This document shows positions 27,442 through 37,467 of a stretch of 64,000 bases of DNA, piece after piece. The DNA is from an uncultured delta proteobacterium. GTDB lineage: Bacteria; Desulfobacterota; Desulfobacteria; Desulfobacterales; SG8-13. The number at the start of each line of letters is the position of its first letter. Position 1 is the stretch's first letter. The notes beneath the pieces were generated by a model, which did not search any database, was not told the DNA's origin, and saw only the letters and a list, made by a program, of their open reading frames with translations. The stretch covers positions 124,001-188,000 of the forward strand of contig CAWKCK010000017.1 in the NCBI GenBank assembly GCA_963848135.1, in the 5' to 3' direction. A program made the translations under genes and the position numbers.

Positions 27442-27693
27442 TTTTACCTCCTTGCAACGATATTATCCCGCACGTTTCAATGATGTTTCAATGCTAGTTA
27501 TTGAATTTAGAATATCAAGGAGTCTTCATCTTCATGGTTCTTTATAATAGTTTTAACCTATCATACGGCTTGGATTTTTCCCTCATTGATAATCTCATGG
27601 CAATGCTAAGATTGTAGGTTAGATTTAAGTCAATCAATATTTTTTAGCCATAACAACCGTTTTTAAGGATCAAAGTACAGGGAGCTTAAGACC

Positions 27694-28263
27694 ATGAATA
27701 TCGGTGCGAAACTGAAACTGAGTTTTTTAGGGTTATTTGTGCTGGCGCAGCCAATGGTTGCCGCTGCAAGCGACATCGACAACATAAAATTTGAAACCGG
27801 TTTTCAAACATCGGAAACCGAATTAGAACTCAAGGGTGTCGGGCTCTTACGCTACCTTGGCTTAATAAAGGCCTACGCAGGCGCCTTCTACCTGGAAGAA
27901 GGAATACCTGTCGACGAAGCGCTATCCGATAATGCAAAAAGAATTGAAGTTGAATACTTCAGACCTTTTAAAGGTAAAGATTTCGGCCCGGCAACCATTA
28001 AGATGATGGAAAAAAACGTCGACAAGGGGACTATCGCGAAACTTCGTGCCCAGATAGACTACCATAATTCTCTGTACGAGGATATCAAACCAGGGGATCG
28101 CTATGCCCTGACATACATACCCGGGAAAGGCACCGAACTGGCCCTGAACGGTGAGCCGAAAGGTATTGTTGAAGGCTCTGAATTCGCATCGGCGCTGTTC
28201 TCAATATGGATCGGAAGCCGTCCGATCGACGAGTCCTTTAAGCGGCAGATTTTGGGGTTGTAA
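27694..28263 (+). CDS. Chalcone-isomerase-like fold protein, exported
   Basis: LELKGVGLLRYLGLIKAYAGAFY, DIKPGDRYAL, FASALFSIWIG; signal peptide. Confidence 0.85.
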   Translation: MNIGAKLKLSFLGLFVLAQPMVAAASDIDNIKFETGFQTSETELELKGVGLLRYLGLIKAYAGAFYLEEGIPVDEALSDNAKRIEVEYFRPFKGKDFGPATIKMMEKNVDKGTIAKLRAQIDYHNSLYEDIKPGDRYALTYIPGKGTELALNGEPKGIVEGSEFASALFSIWIGSRPIDESFKRQILGL

Positions 28264-29666
28264 TGAATGCACCGAAATTAGAAAAGGTCCCTTTTTTCAA
28301 AAAGTTGACCTACGCCATGCCGGCGTTCTCTCTGGCGGTCGTCGGCATACCGGTGTATGTCTACCTCCCCAAATTCTACACAGATGTTGTCGGCATTGAG
28401 ATTGCCAGCCTGGGCATCATTCTATTCAGCGTACGAATATTTGATGCCGTGACCGATCCGGCCATCGGTTACATTTCCGATCGAACGCATACCAAAAGCG
28501 GCCGGAGGCGGCCTTACATTGCGTTGGGGTCTATTTTTGTGGCTGTGGCGATGTACTTTTTATTTAATCCGCCCGTGGCGTCACCTGTCTTCGAGACGAT
28601 TTGGTTTGCCGTATTTATCTACGCTCTGTTTCTTTTCTGGACAATAGTGGTTGTCCCATATGAATCATTGGGCCCGGAGATCACCTTCGACTACAATGAC
28701 CGCACCTCTCTATTTGCCCTACGAGACGGGTTGCTGATCGCCGGCACCCTTCTCGCAGCGAGTTCGCCGGCCATAGTCCAGTGGATATTTAGCCTTTCGG
28801 CCGATGCGGATGGGGAAAGAGCCAAATTCTTCTGGATTTCCATCCTCTATGCCCCACTGATTATCGTAACCTGTTGGTGGTGTGTGCTGTCCATCAAAGA
28901 GATCCCCCAGTCTACGCCGGAACAGCGGGGTAGCCTATGGCAAGGAGTTCGGCAGGTCACACGCAACCGCCCGTTTATGATTCTACTGGTCGCCTACACG
29001 ATTAGTGCCATCGGTAACAACCTGCCGGCGACATTAATCCTCTACTATGTTCAGTACGTCCTTAAGTCAGATCTGGCTGACCTTTTCCTGCTGATCTATT
29101 TCGCATCCGGCATCCTCTTTTTGCCGGGATGGATTATGGTTTCGCGAAAAACGGGAAAAAAATTTGCCTGGCTGGCTTCCATGGCGATCAACACCGGGGC
29201 ATTCATCGGCGTGTTCTTTCTCGGTCCCGGTGACACAATTGTCTATGGCGTTCTTGTTTTTCTTTCGGGCATCGGTTTTGGGGCCACACTGGCCATACCA
29301 TCTGCCATTCAGGCCGACGTTATCGACTATGATGAGCTTCTGACCGGTGAGAGACGCGAGGGCCAATATATCGGTTTGTGGTCGATTTCCAAAAAACTGG
29401 CAGCTGCCATCGGTGTCGGTATTGGTTTGTCCGCTCTGGGTCTGGCCGGTTATACGCCCAATATTGAGCAATCCGATCAGGTGCTGCTGACACTTCGAGC
29501 GCTTTATGCCCTGGTGCCGTCAATTTGTAACATCATCGCCTTCGGGATCGCACTGTCGTACCCAATAAGTAGCGGCGTCCACCGCGACATCCGCACGGCC
29601 ATTTCGCAGCGACGCAAAGGCCAGACGGTACGTAACCCCTTGGTACCCGATCAAGTACTCGCATAG
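28263..29666 (+). CDS. MFS transporter, GPH/MelB-like family
   Basis: RIFDAVTDPAIGYISDRT...GRRRPY, ADVIDYDEL..GERREGQY; about 12 TM segments. Confidence 0.92.
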   Translation: MNAPKLEKVPFFKKLTYAMPAFSLAVVGIPVYVYLPKFYTDVVGIEIASLGIILFSVRIFDAVTDPAIGYISDRTHTKSGRRRPYIALGSIFVAVAMYFLFNPPVASPVFETIWFAVFIYALFLFWTIVVVPYESLGPEITFDYNDRTSLFALRDGLLIAGTLLAASSPAIVQWIFSLSADADGERAKFFWISILYAPLIIVTCWWCVLSIKEIPQSTPEQRGSLWQGVRQVTRNRPFMILLVAYTISAIGNNLPATLILYYVQYVLKSDLADLFLLIYFASGILFLPGWIMVSRKTGKKFAWLASMAINTGAFIGVFFLGPGDTIVYGVLVFLSGIGFGATLAIPSAIQADVIDYDELLTGERREGQYIGLWSISKKLAAAIGVGIGLSALGLAGYTPNIEQSDQVLLTLRALYALVPSICNIIAFGIALSYPISSGVHRDIRTAISQRRKGQTVRNPLVPDQVLA

Positions 29667-29688
29667 GACCAGACAGGAAAATATTTAA

Positions 29689-30483
29689 ATGGAACCAGTA
29701 ACAGAAATATTACTTATAAATCTTGCAGCTGTTGTTGCCATGATGGTTATCGGTTGGATTGTCAGTCTTGTATACCGCAATGTGACAATAGTGGATAGTT
29801 TGTGGGGGTTGGGTTTCGTTCTAATTGCATGGATTACATTTTTTCTTTCAGAAGGGTATGCAGTGCGAAAAACCCTGATTGCCGCCATGGTGACGTTATG
29901 GGGGCTGAGATTGAGTCTGTACTTGTCGTCACGTAATTGGGGCAAAGGTGAAGATCCGCGCTATGGCATTTGGCGAAAGGAAAGTGGCGATAATTTCTGG
30001 ATCGTCAGTCTGTTTAAAGTCTTCATCCTTCAGGCACTTTTTATGTGGTGCATATCATTGGCACCGCAATTCGGTCAAATGTCGCCGATACCCAAGCATC
30101 TGACATGGCTCGATATTGTAGGGACATTCATATGGGCAGCCGGTTTTCTATTCGAATCGGTTGGTGATTGGCAGCTGGCGCGCTTCAAGTTAGATCCGGA
30201 GAGCAAGGGCAAGGTGATGGACCAGGGCCTGTGGGCCTATTCCCGCCACCCGAACTACTTTGGCGAATTTTTGATCTGGTGGGGGTTGTTCTTGGTAACC
30301 CTGGCAACACCCGGAAACTGGTGGACGGTCTGCAGCCCATTGATTGTCACCGTGGTATTACTCAAGATGACGGGAATTCCATTGACAGAAAAAGCGATTA
30401 CCAACACGCGCCCAGGCTATGAGGAGTACGTAAAACGAACCAACGCATTCATTCCATGGTTTCCAAAGAAGGAGGCAGAGTAA
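29689..30483 (+). CDS. DUF1295 family membrane protein (steroid 5-alpha-reductase-like)
   Basis: [44 protein letters not shown]. Confidence 0.92.
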   Translation: MEPVTEILLINLAAVVAMMVIGWIVSLVYRNVTIVDSLWGLGFVLIAWITFFLSEGYAVRKTLIAAMVTLWGLRLSLYLSSRNWGKGEDPRYGIWRKESGDNFWIVSLFKVFILQALFMWCISLAPQFGQMSPIPKHLTWLDIVGTFIWAAGFLFESVGDWQLARFKLDPESKGKVMDQGLWAYSRHPNYFGEFLIWWGLFLVTLATPGNWWTVCSPLIVTVVLLKMTGIPLTEKAITNTRPGYEEYVKRTNAFIPWFPKKEAE

Positions 30484-30485
30484 AT

Positions 30486-31538
30486 ATGTTGAAGGAAATG
30501 GCAGACAAGGGCATTTTGCCCGATCGCCTGATTCGCTTGGGGATTCGATATTTGGACAAGAAGCGACTGGCGCAAGAAGATCGGGGTGCCCCCCAAAAAC
30601 AGCGTGAGGCTCTCGAACGGTTTATCGCTCACATGAATGAATCCCCGATCGCGATGAACACTCAAGAAGCCAACGCGCAACACTACGAGGTCCCGGCAAG
30701 CTTTTTCAAGGTCGTGCTCGGCAAGCACCTGAAATACAGCGGATGTTACTGGCCGGAAAATATCCGGAGCCTCGATGAAGCCGAAGACGCCATGTTGACA
30801 TTGACCTGCCAACGGGCCGAAATCTCTAACGGCATGAGTGTTTTGGAACTCGGCTGCGGCTGGGGATCGTTGTCTTTATGGATGGCGCAGCGCTACCCGG
30901 AAAGCCGGATTGTTGCCGTGTCAAACTCGGCGTCTCAAAGAAAATATATCAGCGCCAGGGCGACTGAACGAAATCTGACGAACCTTCAGGTGATCACTGC
31001 CGACATGAACGATTTCAGCACGGACCAGCGTTTCGACCGCGTGGTATCCGTAGAAATGTTCGAACACATGCGTAACTGGCCCCGCCTGCTCGAGCGTATT
31101 AACAACTGGCTGGCACCCGCGGGAAAAGTGTTCATCCACATATTCACTCACCGGAAGTTTGCATACGCCTATGAAACCAGCGGGAAAGACGACTGGATGG
31201 GCCGATATTTCTTCACCGGTGGCATTATGCCCTCGGACGATTTGTTATTTCACCTTCAAGGCAGTTTGGAAGTCGAACGGCACTGGCGCGTCAACGGCCG
31301 GCACTACAGCCAAACGGCCGAAGCCTGGCTGGCAAATATGGACAACAACCGCAAGAAGATTATGCCGGTCATGGAAATAACATATGGGCCCAAATACGCA
31401 GCGCGCTGGTTTCAGCGTTGGCGAATATTCTTTATGGCCTGCGCCGAGCTCTGGGGCTATCGCGGCGGCCGAGAGTGGCTTGTGTCTCACTACCTGCTCA
31501 GTAAACGATCATTGACAAAAACAAGCAATGAGGGATGA
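30486..31538 (+). CDS. SAM-dependent methyltransferase, short Cfa-like family
   Basis: [48 protein letters not shown]. Confidence 0.9.
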   Translation: MLKEMADKGILPDRLIRLGIRYLDKKRLAQEDRGAPQKQREALERFIAHMNESPIAMNTQEANAQHYEVPASFFKVVLGKHLKYSGCYWPENIRSLDEAEDAMLTLTCQRAEISNGMSVLELGCGWGSLSLWMAQRYPESRIVAVSNSASQRKYISARATERNLTNLQVITADMNDFSTDQRFDRVVSVEMFEHMRNWPRLLERINNWLAPAGKVFIHIFTHRKFAYAYETSGKDDWMGRYFFTGGIMPSDDLLFHLQGSLEVERHWRVNGRHYSQTAEAWLANMDNNRKKIMPVMEITYGPKYAARWFQRWRIFFMACAELWGYRGGREWLVSHYLLSKRSLTKTSNEG

Positions 31539-31544
31539 CGCATA

Positions 31545-32945
31545 ATGGTGAATCTCGATCCGGTGTTACTGGCTCGTATCCAGTTCGCCTTCACGATATC
31601 TTTTCATATCATTTTCCCCGCGTTCACAATCGGTCTGGCCAGTTGGCTGGCCGTGGTCGAGTGGCGGCTCTTAAAGACCGGTAACCGAATTTATGAAGAA
31701 ATTTACCGAATGTGGGTAAAAATATTTGCGGTAACCTTTGGCATGGGAGTCGTTTCCGGTGTGGTCATGTCATACCAGTTCGGCACCAATTGGTCGGTCT
31801 TTTCGGATAAGGTCGGCAACGTTATCGGTCCACTGCTCGGTTTTGAGGTCCTGACGGCGTTTTTCCTCGAAGCATCGTTTCTCGGTATCATGCTGTTCGG
31901 CTGGAACCGAGTCAGCCCCAGGATGCATTTCGCCGCGACCATTATCGTTGCCTTCGGAACACTATTGTCCGCCTTTTGGATTCTGTCGGCCAACAGCTGG
32001 ATGCAAACCCCGCAAGGCTTCTTCGAGGGTGATGACGGCCGACTGTATCCGACGAATTGGATTCAGATTATCTTCAATCCTTCATTCCCCTATCGTTTCG
32101 CCCACATGGTTATCGCGGCATACTTGACCACAGCATTTGTGGTCGGTGGTATCGGCGCATTTTACCTGTGGCGCAACCGCCATGTGACGCACGCCCGGAT
32201 CATGTTCGGGATGGCCATGCTGATGGCGGTCTTTGTTGCACCGTTGCAACCAGTCATCGGTGATCTCCATGGGTTAAACACCCTGAAATATCAACCGGCC
32301 AAAGTCGCGGCCATGGAGGGCCTCTGGGAAACCGAAACCGGTGCGGCACTCAAATTGTTCGGCTGGCCTGACCAGGCGGAAGAGCGCACAAAATATGCCA
32401 TTGAAATCCCCAAGCTGTCGAGTTTGATCCTCACCCACGACCTCGATGGTGAGGTCAAAGGACTCAAGGAGTGGCCTAAAGGCGACCGCCCGCCGGTGGC
32501 CTGGGTCTTCTGGTCTTTTCGGATCATGGTGGGGATCGGTATCCTGATGGTACTGACGGGTATTTTTGCGGTGGTGCTTTTTTGGCGCAAGAAACTCTTC
32601 GACACGCGCTGGTTTCAATACTGGTGCATGGCGCTCACGCCTGCGGGCTTCGTTGCCGTCCTTGCCGGCTGGTTTGTGACCGAGATCGGCCGACAGCCTT
32701 ATGTGGTCTACGGTGTCATTCGGACGACTGAAGCCGTCTCTCCGGTTGTCGGTCCCCAGGTGGCCGTATCTCTGCTGGCTTTCATCATCGTCTACACCCT
32801 CGTTTTCGGTGCGGGCAGCTATTACATCCTGCGCCTGATACAAAAAGGGCCCGGCACACCGGAAAAAGACTATGGCGCCCACGGTATGGACAAGCCGCCG
32901 CTGTTTACGGACCTGGCTTCTGCTAAGGGAGGTAAAAGTGTTTAG
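31545..32945 (+). CDS. cydA: Cytochrome bd quinol oxidase subunit I (short Q-loop, CioA-like)
   Basis: LARIQFAFTISFHIIFP, YQFGTNW, FFLEASF, RFAHM, QPAKVAAMEG, GWFVTEIGRQPY. Confidence 0.96.
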   Translation: MVNLDPVLLARIQFAFTISFHIIFPAFTIGLASWLAVVEWRLLKTGNRIYEEIYRMWVKIFAVTFGMGVVSGVVMSYQFGTNWSVFSDKVGNVIGPLLGFEVLTAFFLEASFLGIMLFGWNRVSPRMHFAATIIVAFGTLLSAFWILSANSWMQTPQGFFEGDDGRLYPTNWIQIIFNPSFPYRFAHMVIAAYLTTAFVVGGIGAFYLWRNRHVTHARIMFGMAMLMAVFVAPLQPVIGDLHGLNTLKYQPAKVAAMEGLWETETGAALKLFGWPDQAEERTKYAIEIPKLSSLILTHDLDGEVKGLKEWPKGDRPPVAWVFWSFRIMVGIGILMVLTGIFAVVLFWRKKLFDTRWFQYWCMALTPAGFVAVLAGWFVTEIGRQPYVVYGVIRTTEAVSPVVGPQVAVSLLAFIIVYTLVFGAGSYYILRLIQKGPGTPEKDYGAHGMDKPPLFTDLASAKGGKSV

Positions 32946-33957
32946 CTTCAGCGCGTATATCGACTTGCCGCTCATATGGTTCGGACTGATTTCCACCGCC
33001 ATTTTTCTATATGTCGTTTTAGACGGGTTCGATCTTGGCGTCGGTATCCTCTTTCCTTTTGCTCCGACCGACAGGTGCCGTGACCGGATGATGAATTCGA
33101 TAGCCCCATTCTGGGACGGCAACGAAACCTGGCTGGTGCTCGGCGGCGGCGGCTTGTTTGCCGCTTTCCCCTTGGCCTATGCCGTTATCATGCCGGCCCT
33201 GTACTTTCCCGTTATTATCATGCTTCTGGGACTGGTGTTTCGCGGGGTGGCGTTCGAGTTCCGATTCAAAGCGTCCGGTAAATCGAGAATACTGTGGGAC
33301 TATGCTTTTCATTTCGGCTCCCTGACAGCGGCATTCATGCAGGGCATGTTTCTGGGGGCATTTGTGCAGGGAATCTCGGTGGACGGCCGCAGCTTTTCAG
33401 GCGGCCCCTTTGATTGGCTGAGCGCCTTCAGCACGATGACGGGTCTGGCTTTGGTGTGCGGCTACATTCTCATGGGAGCCACATGGCTGATCATGAAAAC
33501 CGACGGCGAAACGCAGCAATGGGCGCGCAAATGCGCTGTTTATATAACCGTTTTCGTTGCGCTGTTCATGGGACTGGTGAGCCTGAGTATGCCGTTTCTG
33601 AACCCGGACGTGAAAGCGTTATGGTTTAGTTTGCCTAATTTTTTCTACCTTATACCCATGCCGGTCCTGTCGATCGCTTTAGTCATTCTCCTGTGGCATG
33701 ATCTTCACACGAACAGGGAATATCGCCCTTTCTTACTGAGCATCGGGCTTTTCGTATTGAACTACATCGGCCTGGGAATCAGTCTGTGGCCCTGGATCGT
33801 TCCATTCGAGATAACAATCTGGCAGGCAGCGGCGGCACCGGAATCGCAATCTCTCATGTTGGTCGGTACGGTCGTCATGCTGCCCTTGATACTCGGATAC
33901 ACCGGTTATTGCTATTATGTCTTCAAGGGTAAAACGAGTGATGAAGCGGTTTACTGA
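32938..33957 (+). CDS. cydB: Cytochrome bd quinol oxidase subunit II (CioB-like)
   Basis: YVVLDGFDLGVG, PFWDGNETWLV, FRGVAFEFR; GTG start after GGAGG, overlapping the cydA stop. Confidence 0.96.
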   Translation: MFSFSAYIDLPLIWFGLISTAIFLYVVLDGFDLGVGILFPFAPTDRCRDRMMNSIAPFWDGNETWLVLGGGGLFAAFPLAYAVIMPALYFPVIIMLLGLVFRGVAFEFRFKASGKSRILWDYAFHFGSLTAAFMQGMFLGAFVQGISVDGRSFSGGPFDWLSAFSTMTGLALVCGYILMGATWLIMKTDGETQQWARKCAVYITVFVALFMGLVSLSMPFLNPDVKALWFSLPNFFYLIPMPVLSIALVILLWHDLHTNREYRPFLLSIGLFVLNYIGLGISLWPWIVPFEITIWQAAAAPESQSLMLVGTVVMLPLILGYTGYCYYVFKGKTSDEAVY

Positions 33958-34060
33958 AAAGCGCCGGCAATGGGCATGGTTTATGGTTCTATGGTCTGGC
34001 GGCCTGGCGGCGGTTTTCTTGCTGGCACAGGCGATACGATGGTTGATGAGGATCGGCTGA
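33941..34060 (+). CDS. Small membrane protein, DUF2474-like (39 aa)
   Basis: MKRFTEKRRQWAWFMVLWSGGLAAVFLLAQAIRWLMRIG; overlaps the end of cydB; too short for the ORF track. Confidence 0.75.
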   Translation: MKRFTEKRRQWAWFMVLWSGGLAAVFLLAQAIRWLMRIG

Positions 34061-34284
34061 TTCACCAAGCCTTGTGGGAGCTTTAGTATTAGCACCTGTA
34101 CACCCGCAAGAGGACGATTTGGATTCCAGGTGAGGCTGCAGCGATCTGGCGACCGTAGTCAAAATGGGGTTACGCCGGGGATGGAAAGGAAACAAAAACT
34201 CCGCCTTTGCCCGAAAGAAGCCATTTGTAAAATGGGCACGACTTGATTCACATTGATCAAAAACACTTTGGGAGGTAAAAACAA

Positions 34285-34620
34285 ATGACTCATACTATTG
34301 ACGACATACTTTTAAATATCGCCGAAGAATTCAGGGATGATATCGAAATAGATGCGCGAAACTATCTCGAGGTTGACATCGGCAGGAAAGCCGAGCAATT
34401 AGGCCGTTCAGAGGCAGGAAGGAAGTTTCGTAACATCTATGCTGTCGTGCCACTTAAAAAGCCAATCGGTGGAATGAAGGTTCGTATCGACGGCCGGACA
34501 TTTATCGACTATGCCCAGTTCGAATCGGGGGTTGTTGTTCCCGGATACGTGGCCAGAGAGGCCGGACTCACCTACAAAACCTTTCTACCCTTGGGCAGCA
34601 TGATACTCAATTTTTCGTAG
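34285..34620 (+). CDS. Hypothetical protein
   Basis: 111-aa ORF with strong GGAGGT RBS. Confidence 0.75.
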   Translation: MTHTIDDILLNIAEEFRDDIEIDARNYLEVDIGRKAEQLGRSEAGRKFRNIYAVVPLKKPIGGMKVRIDGRTFIDYAQFESGVVVPGYVAREAGLTYKTFLPLGSMILNFS

Positions 34621-34627
34621 GCAATTG

Positions 34628-34663
34628 ATTGAGCGGGAGCCGGGTGACCGGCTTCCGCTCAAT
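34628..34663. terminator. Hairpin between convergent genes (likely bidirectional terminator)
   Basis: ATTGAGCGGGAGCCGG-GTGA-CCGGCTTCCGCTCAAT; 16-bp stem with one G-U pair. Confidence 0.65.
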
Positions 34664-35930
34664 TCGGGTAAACATCCTGCCGGAACATCGATTTTGTGAA
34701 CATCATCTGAACATCTCCGATATATCTCTCGAAGAAACCGGCCTCACAATAACAAAGATAGAATTCCCACATACGTATAAATTGCTCGGGAAATCCCATT
34801 GTTCGAACCGTATCTATTTCTTTGAAAAACCGTTTGCGCCACTCCCTTAACGTTCGCGTGTAGTGAATGGTGATGTCTTCGAGGTGAACGAGCCGCAGGT
34901 CGGTGCCGCGGGTGATCGCATTGCCGATGGCCGTAACGGACGGGATACAGCTGCCAGGGAAAATGTACCGCTTGATGAAATCAACCGACCGCTTGTGGCT
35001 GTCATACACCTGGTCGGCAATCGTTATGGCCTGCAAAACCATCAGTCCGTCTTCTTTAAGCAATCGGCTGCAGCTTTGGAAAAAAACGGGCAAGTAATGA
35101 TGGCCGACGGCCTCGATCATCTCAATCGATACGAGCTTATCGAAACTTCCTTCCAAATCCCGATAATCTTGTTTGACCAGGTGGATGCGATCATCAATCC
35201 CGGCAGATTTAAATCGCGCCTTTGCATACTGATACTGCCGGTCGGATATGGTGGTGGTGGTCAGATGAACACCATAATTTTGAACCGCATGCACCGCAAA
35301 ACCACCCCAGCCGGTGCCGATTTCAACGACGCTGTCCCCCGGTGCAAGCTTCAGCTTACGGCAAATCCGATCGTATTTCGCAACCGAGGCCTCTTTGAGG
35401 GTGCTTTCATCCTGTTCGAATATTCCGCAAGAATAAGTCATCGTCTCATCGAGAAAAAGCGCATAAAAATCATTACCCAAATCGTAATGGGCAACGATGT
35501 TCTGGCGGCTGCCGGCGCGGGTATTCTTGTTTAGCATATGGTAAACGGCGTGCAAGGGCTCCATCACTCGCGCCCACCCCTTGTCCATACCTTCGAATAC
35601 CTGCTGATTCCGAATCACGATCCGTATAACGGTTGTCAGGTCGTCCGCTGACCACAATCCAGCCATATAGGCTTCACCTGAACCGATGCTGCCGCTGAAA
35701 ACCGTGTTGGTATAAAAACGGGGGTGCTTCACGTGAATTTTGGCGCTCAGTCCGCACGTGGGGGATCTTTCCCCGAAACGATACTGCTGATCATTTTCAA
35801 TGAGAGTAATTGTTCCTTTGCGAATCCTCTTCAGAATTGCCATGAATACCTGGCGGCTGACTCTGTCGATCGCCCGTTCTTTGAACGTTATAGGTGCGGA
35901 CAATTCGGTTGGAATGATCGATTCTGTCAT
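34659..35930 (-). CDS. Cyclopropane-fatty-acyl-phospholipid synthase family methyltransferase (CfaS/UfaM-like)
   Basis: GSIGSGEAYMAGLW, NIVAHYDLGNDFY, MTYSCG, VVEIGTGWGG, VSIEMIEAVG, FIKRYIFPG. Confidence 0.93.
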   Translation of the reverse strand: MTESIIPTELSAPITFKERAIDRVSRQVFMAILKRIRKGTITLIENDQQYRFGERSPTCGLSAKIHVKHPRFYTNTVFSGSIGSGEAYMAGLWSADDLTTVIRIVIRNQQVFEGMDKGWARVMEPLHAVYHMLNKNTRAGSRQNIVAHYDLGNDFYALFLDETMTYSCGIFEQDESTLKEASVAKYDRICRKLKLAPGDSVVEIGTGWGGFAVHAVQNYGVHLTTTTISDRQYQYAKARFKSAGIDDRIHLVKQDYRDLEGSFDKLVSIEMIEAVGHHYLPVFFQSCSRLLKEDGLMVLQAITIADQVYDSHKRSVDFIKRYIFPGSCIPSVTAIGNAITRGTDLRLVHLEDITIHYTRTLREWRKRFFKEIDTVRTMGFPEQFIRMWEFYLCYCEAGFFERYIGDVQMMFTKSMFRQDVYPN

Positions 35931-36027
35931 GCAATAATCTCCAGCCGTCTTTGCAGCGTGGTTTGCTCAAGGAAGAACATCTTCCCTGATTTGAGAGCAC
36001 GATGAACAGTGCATTCTTAGATGGACA

Positions 36028-36783
36028 CTACTGTTTCTTCGGATGTGTAAAGAAAGGCGTTTTTTTTATCACCAACCTTAACGCCTGCCAGTAAATCATG
36101 GATGTCACCTTGAGAGTCATCAAGGGGTATTTTATCAACACCCGGCTCATGGCCGGGCGACTCATAGCCCGCCGTTTGAGCGCCAGGCTGGCATCGAACA
36201 ATCGTTGCCCGCCCTCGAAATCGATCATATGAACCCGGATGAAATCCCCCGGCTCACAAAAGCGCCAATCGTAATCAATGTTCATATGGATAAAGGGTGA
36301 AACGTGAAACTCCTTGGCAAAGCGATAACGTCGCCAATTCCTGAGCGGATGCTCGTTTTGCTCTTGTCCCAAAGCGTAGCAATGGCGCTCTCCCCAGGGG
36401 GTGTTGTGAATCTCGACGACAATCGTTTCGAGACGGGTATCCGCTGAATCATAGCAGTAATAGAAACTGGCGGGATTGAAACAATGGCCGAAGTATCGCA
36501 GGTGGGTCAACAGCCGGATGGGACCCCGCGGCCGGTAGCCGAGCTGGTTTTCGACGAAATCCCGAACGGTCTGATCAAGGGACCATCTCGGATCTCCGAA
36601 ATGATCCCTGCGGCGGAAACAGGCCACATTCAACTGCCCATTTGACCACAAGGGATGCAGGTTGAAGACGGTCTCAATTTCAGACAGATCGAGAAAGATG
36701 AAAAACAGGCGGTACTTAAAACTATTCGGCCGCGGCCGGAGGCGCCGATGACGGATGGTCCCTTCGTATAAGCAACTCTTCAT
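36028..36783 (-). CDS. DUF1365 family protein (UfaO-like)
   Basis: LYEGTIRHRR, FNPASFYYC, EIHNTPWGERHCY, KEFHVSPF, IYWQALRL..KKTPFFTHP. Confidence 0.92.
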   Translation of the reverse strand: MKSCLYEGTIRHRRLRPRPNSFKYRLFFIFLDLSEIETVFNLHPLWSNGQLNVACFRRRDHFGDPRWSLDQTVRDFVENQLGYRPRGPIRLLTHLRYFGHCFNPASFYYCYDSADTRLETIVVEIHNTPWGERHCYALGQEQNEHPLRNWRRYRFAKEFHVSPFIHMNIDYDWRFCEPGDFIRVHMIDFEGGQRLFDASLALKRRAMSRPAMSRVLIKYPLMTLKVTSMIYWQALRLVIKKTPFFTHPKKQ

Positions 36784-36852
36784 AAGTCTAATAGTGTCGT
36801 GTCATTTTTTAAGTGTCTCGACTGCCTTGAGCGACGCAATTGAATGCATACA

Positions 36853-37015
36853 AGGTTCCCGGTTGTTCGAGGTTCAACGTTCGGGGTTCAGGGTTCAGCA
36901 CTACCTCTGGCCGCAAGCATCCAGTTTGATCGAGGAGGAAACCTTTAAGATTCGCTGAAAAATTCCAAATCGCAAATAACAAATAAATCACAATGACCGA
37001 AATTCGAAGTTCCAA
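36853..37015 (+). repeat. Family C repeat (GGTTCAG-type heptamers plus CCAGTTTGATCG core)
   Basis: Core ~36898-37012 matches the reverse complement of ~53893-54010. Confidence 0.8.
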
Positions 37016-37018
37016 TCC

Positions 37019-37320
37019 AATGACCTCCGCCAAAACCGGTGGAATGGCTTGCCAGCCGCTCAAAGCGGTCTTTAAAAACCATTATTACGGGCATCCAGCC
37101 GGTCATTGAATGTTGTTTTTTTTTGGAATACTGTATCGATCTTAACGGTTGCAAGCGCTCTATTGCTATGCTGGACCAGCAGCATAAATGAATTCTATAT
37201 GTTTTTATAACTTTTTTACTCTATATAATAATCATCGTTTCAGATATTTGTTAGCTTCTGGAACTGTCAAACTCTGGGAGCCTCCCCAATAAAACTGGGG
37301 GTTGACCGATGATTATTATT
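37019..37320. mobile_element. Non-autonomous IS200/IS605-like miniature element (family B), copy 2
   Basis: Same end blocks as 15362-15552 around a longer, different AT-rich middle. Confidence 0.65.
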
Positions 37321-37467
37321 TGTATTTTGGTACTTGGCATTATCTCAGGAGGGCGGGCAAGCCCTGAAATCTATACCAACACTGCCGATGTACATTGTTA
37401 TGTTCCCAAGCTTGAAATATCAGGCAGCGGGCGACAATGGATAAGACAATTTATGTGTGACAAGACA

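Noticed and set aside
36853..37320. Possible CRISPR array in the repeat-rich spacer
   Set aside because: No regularly spaced identical repeats with unique spacers and no cas genes.
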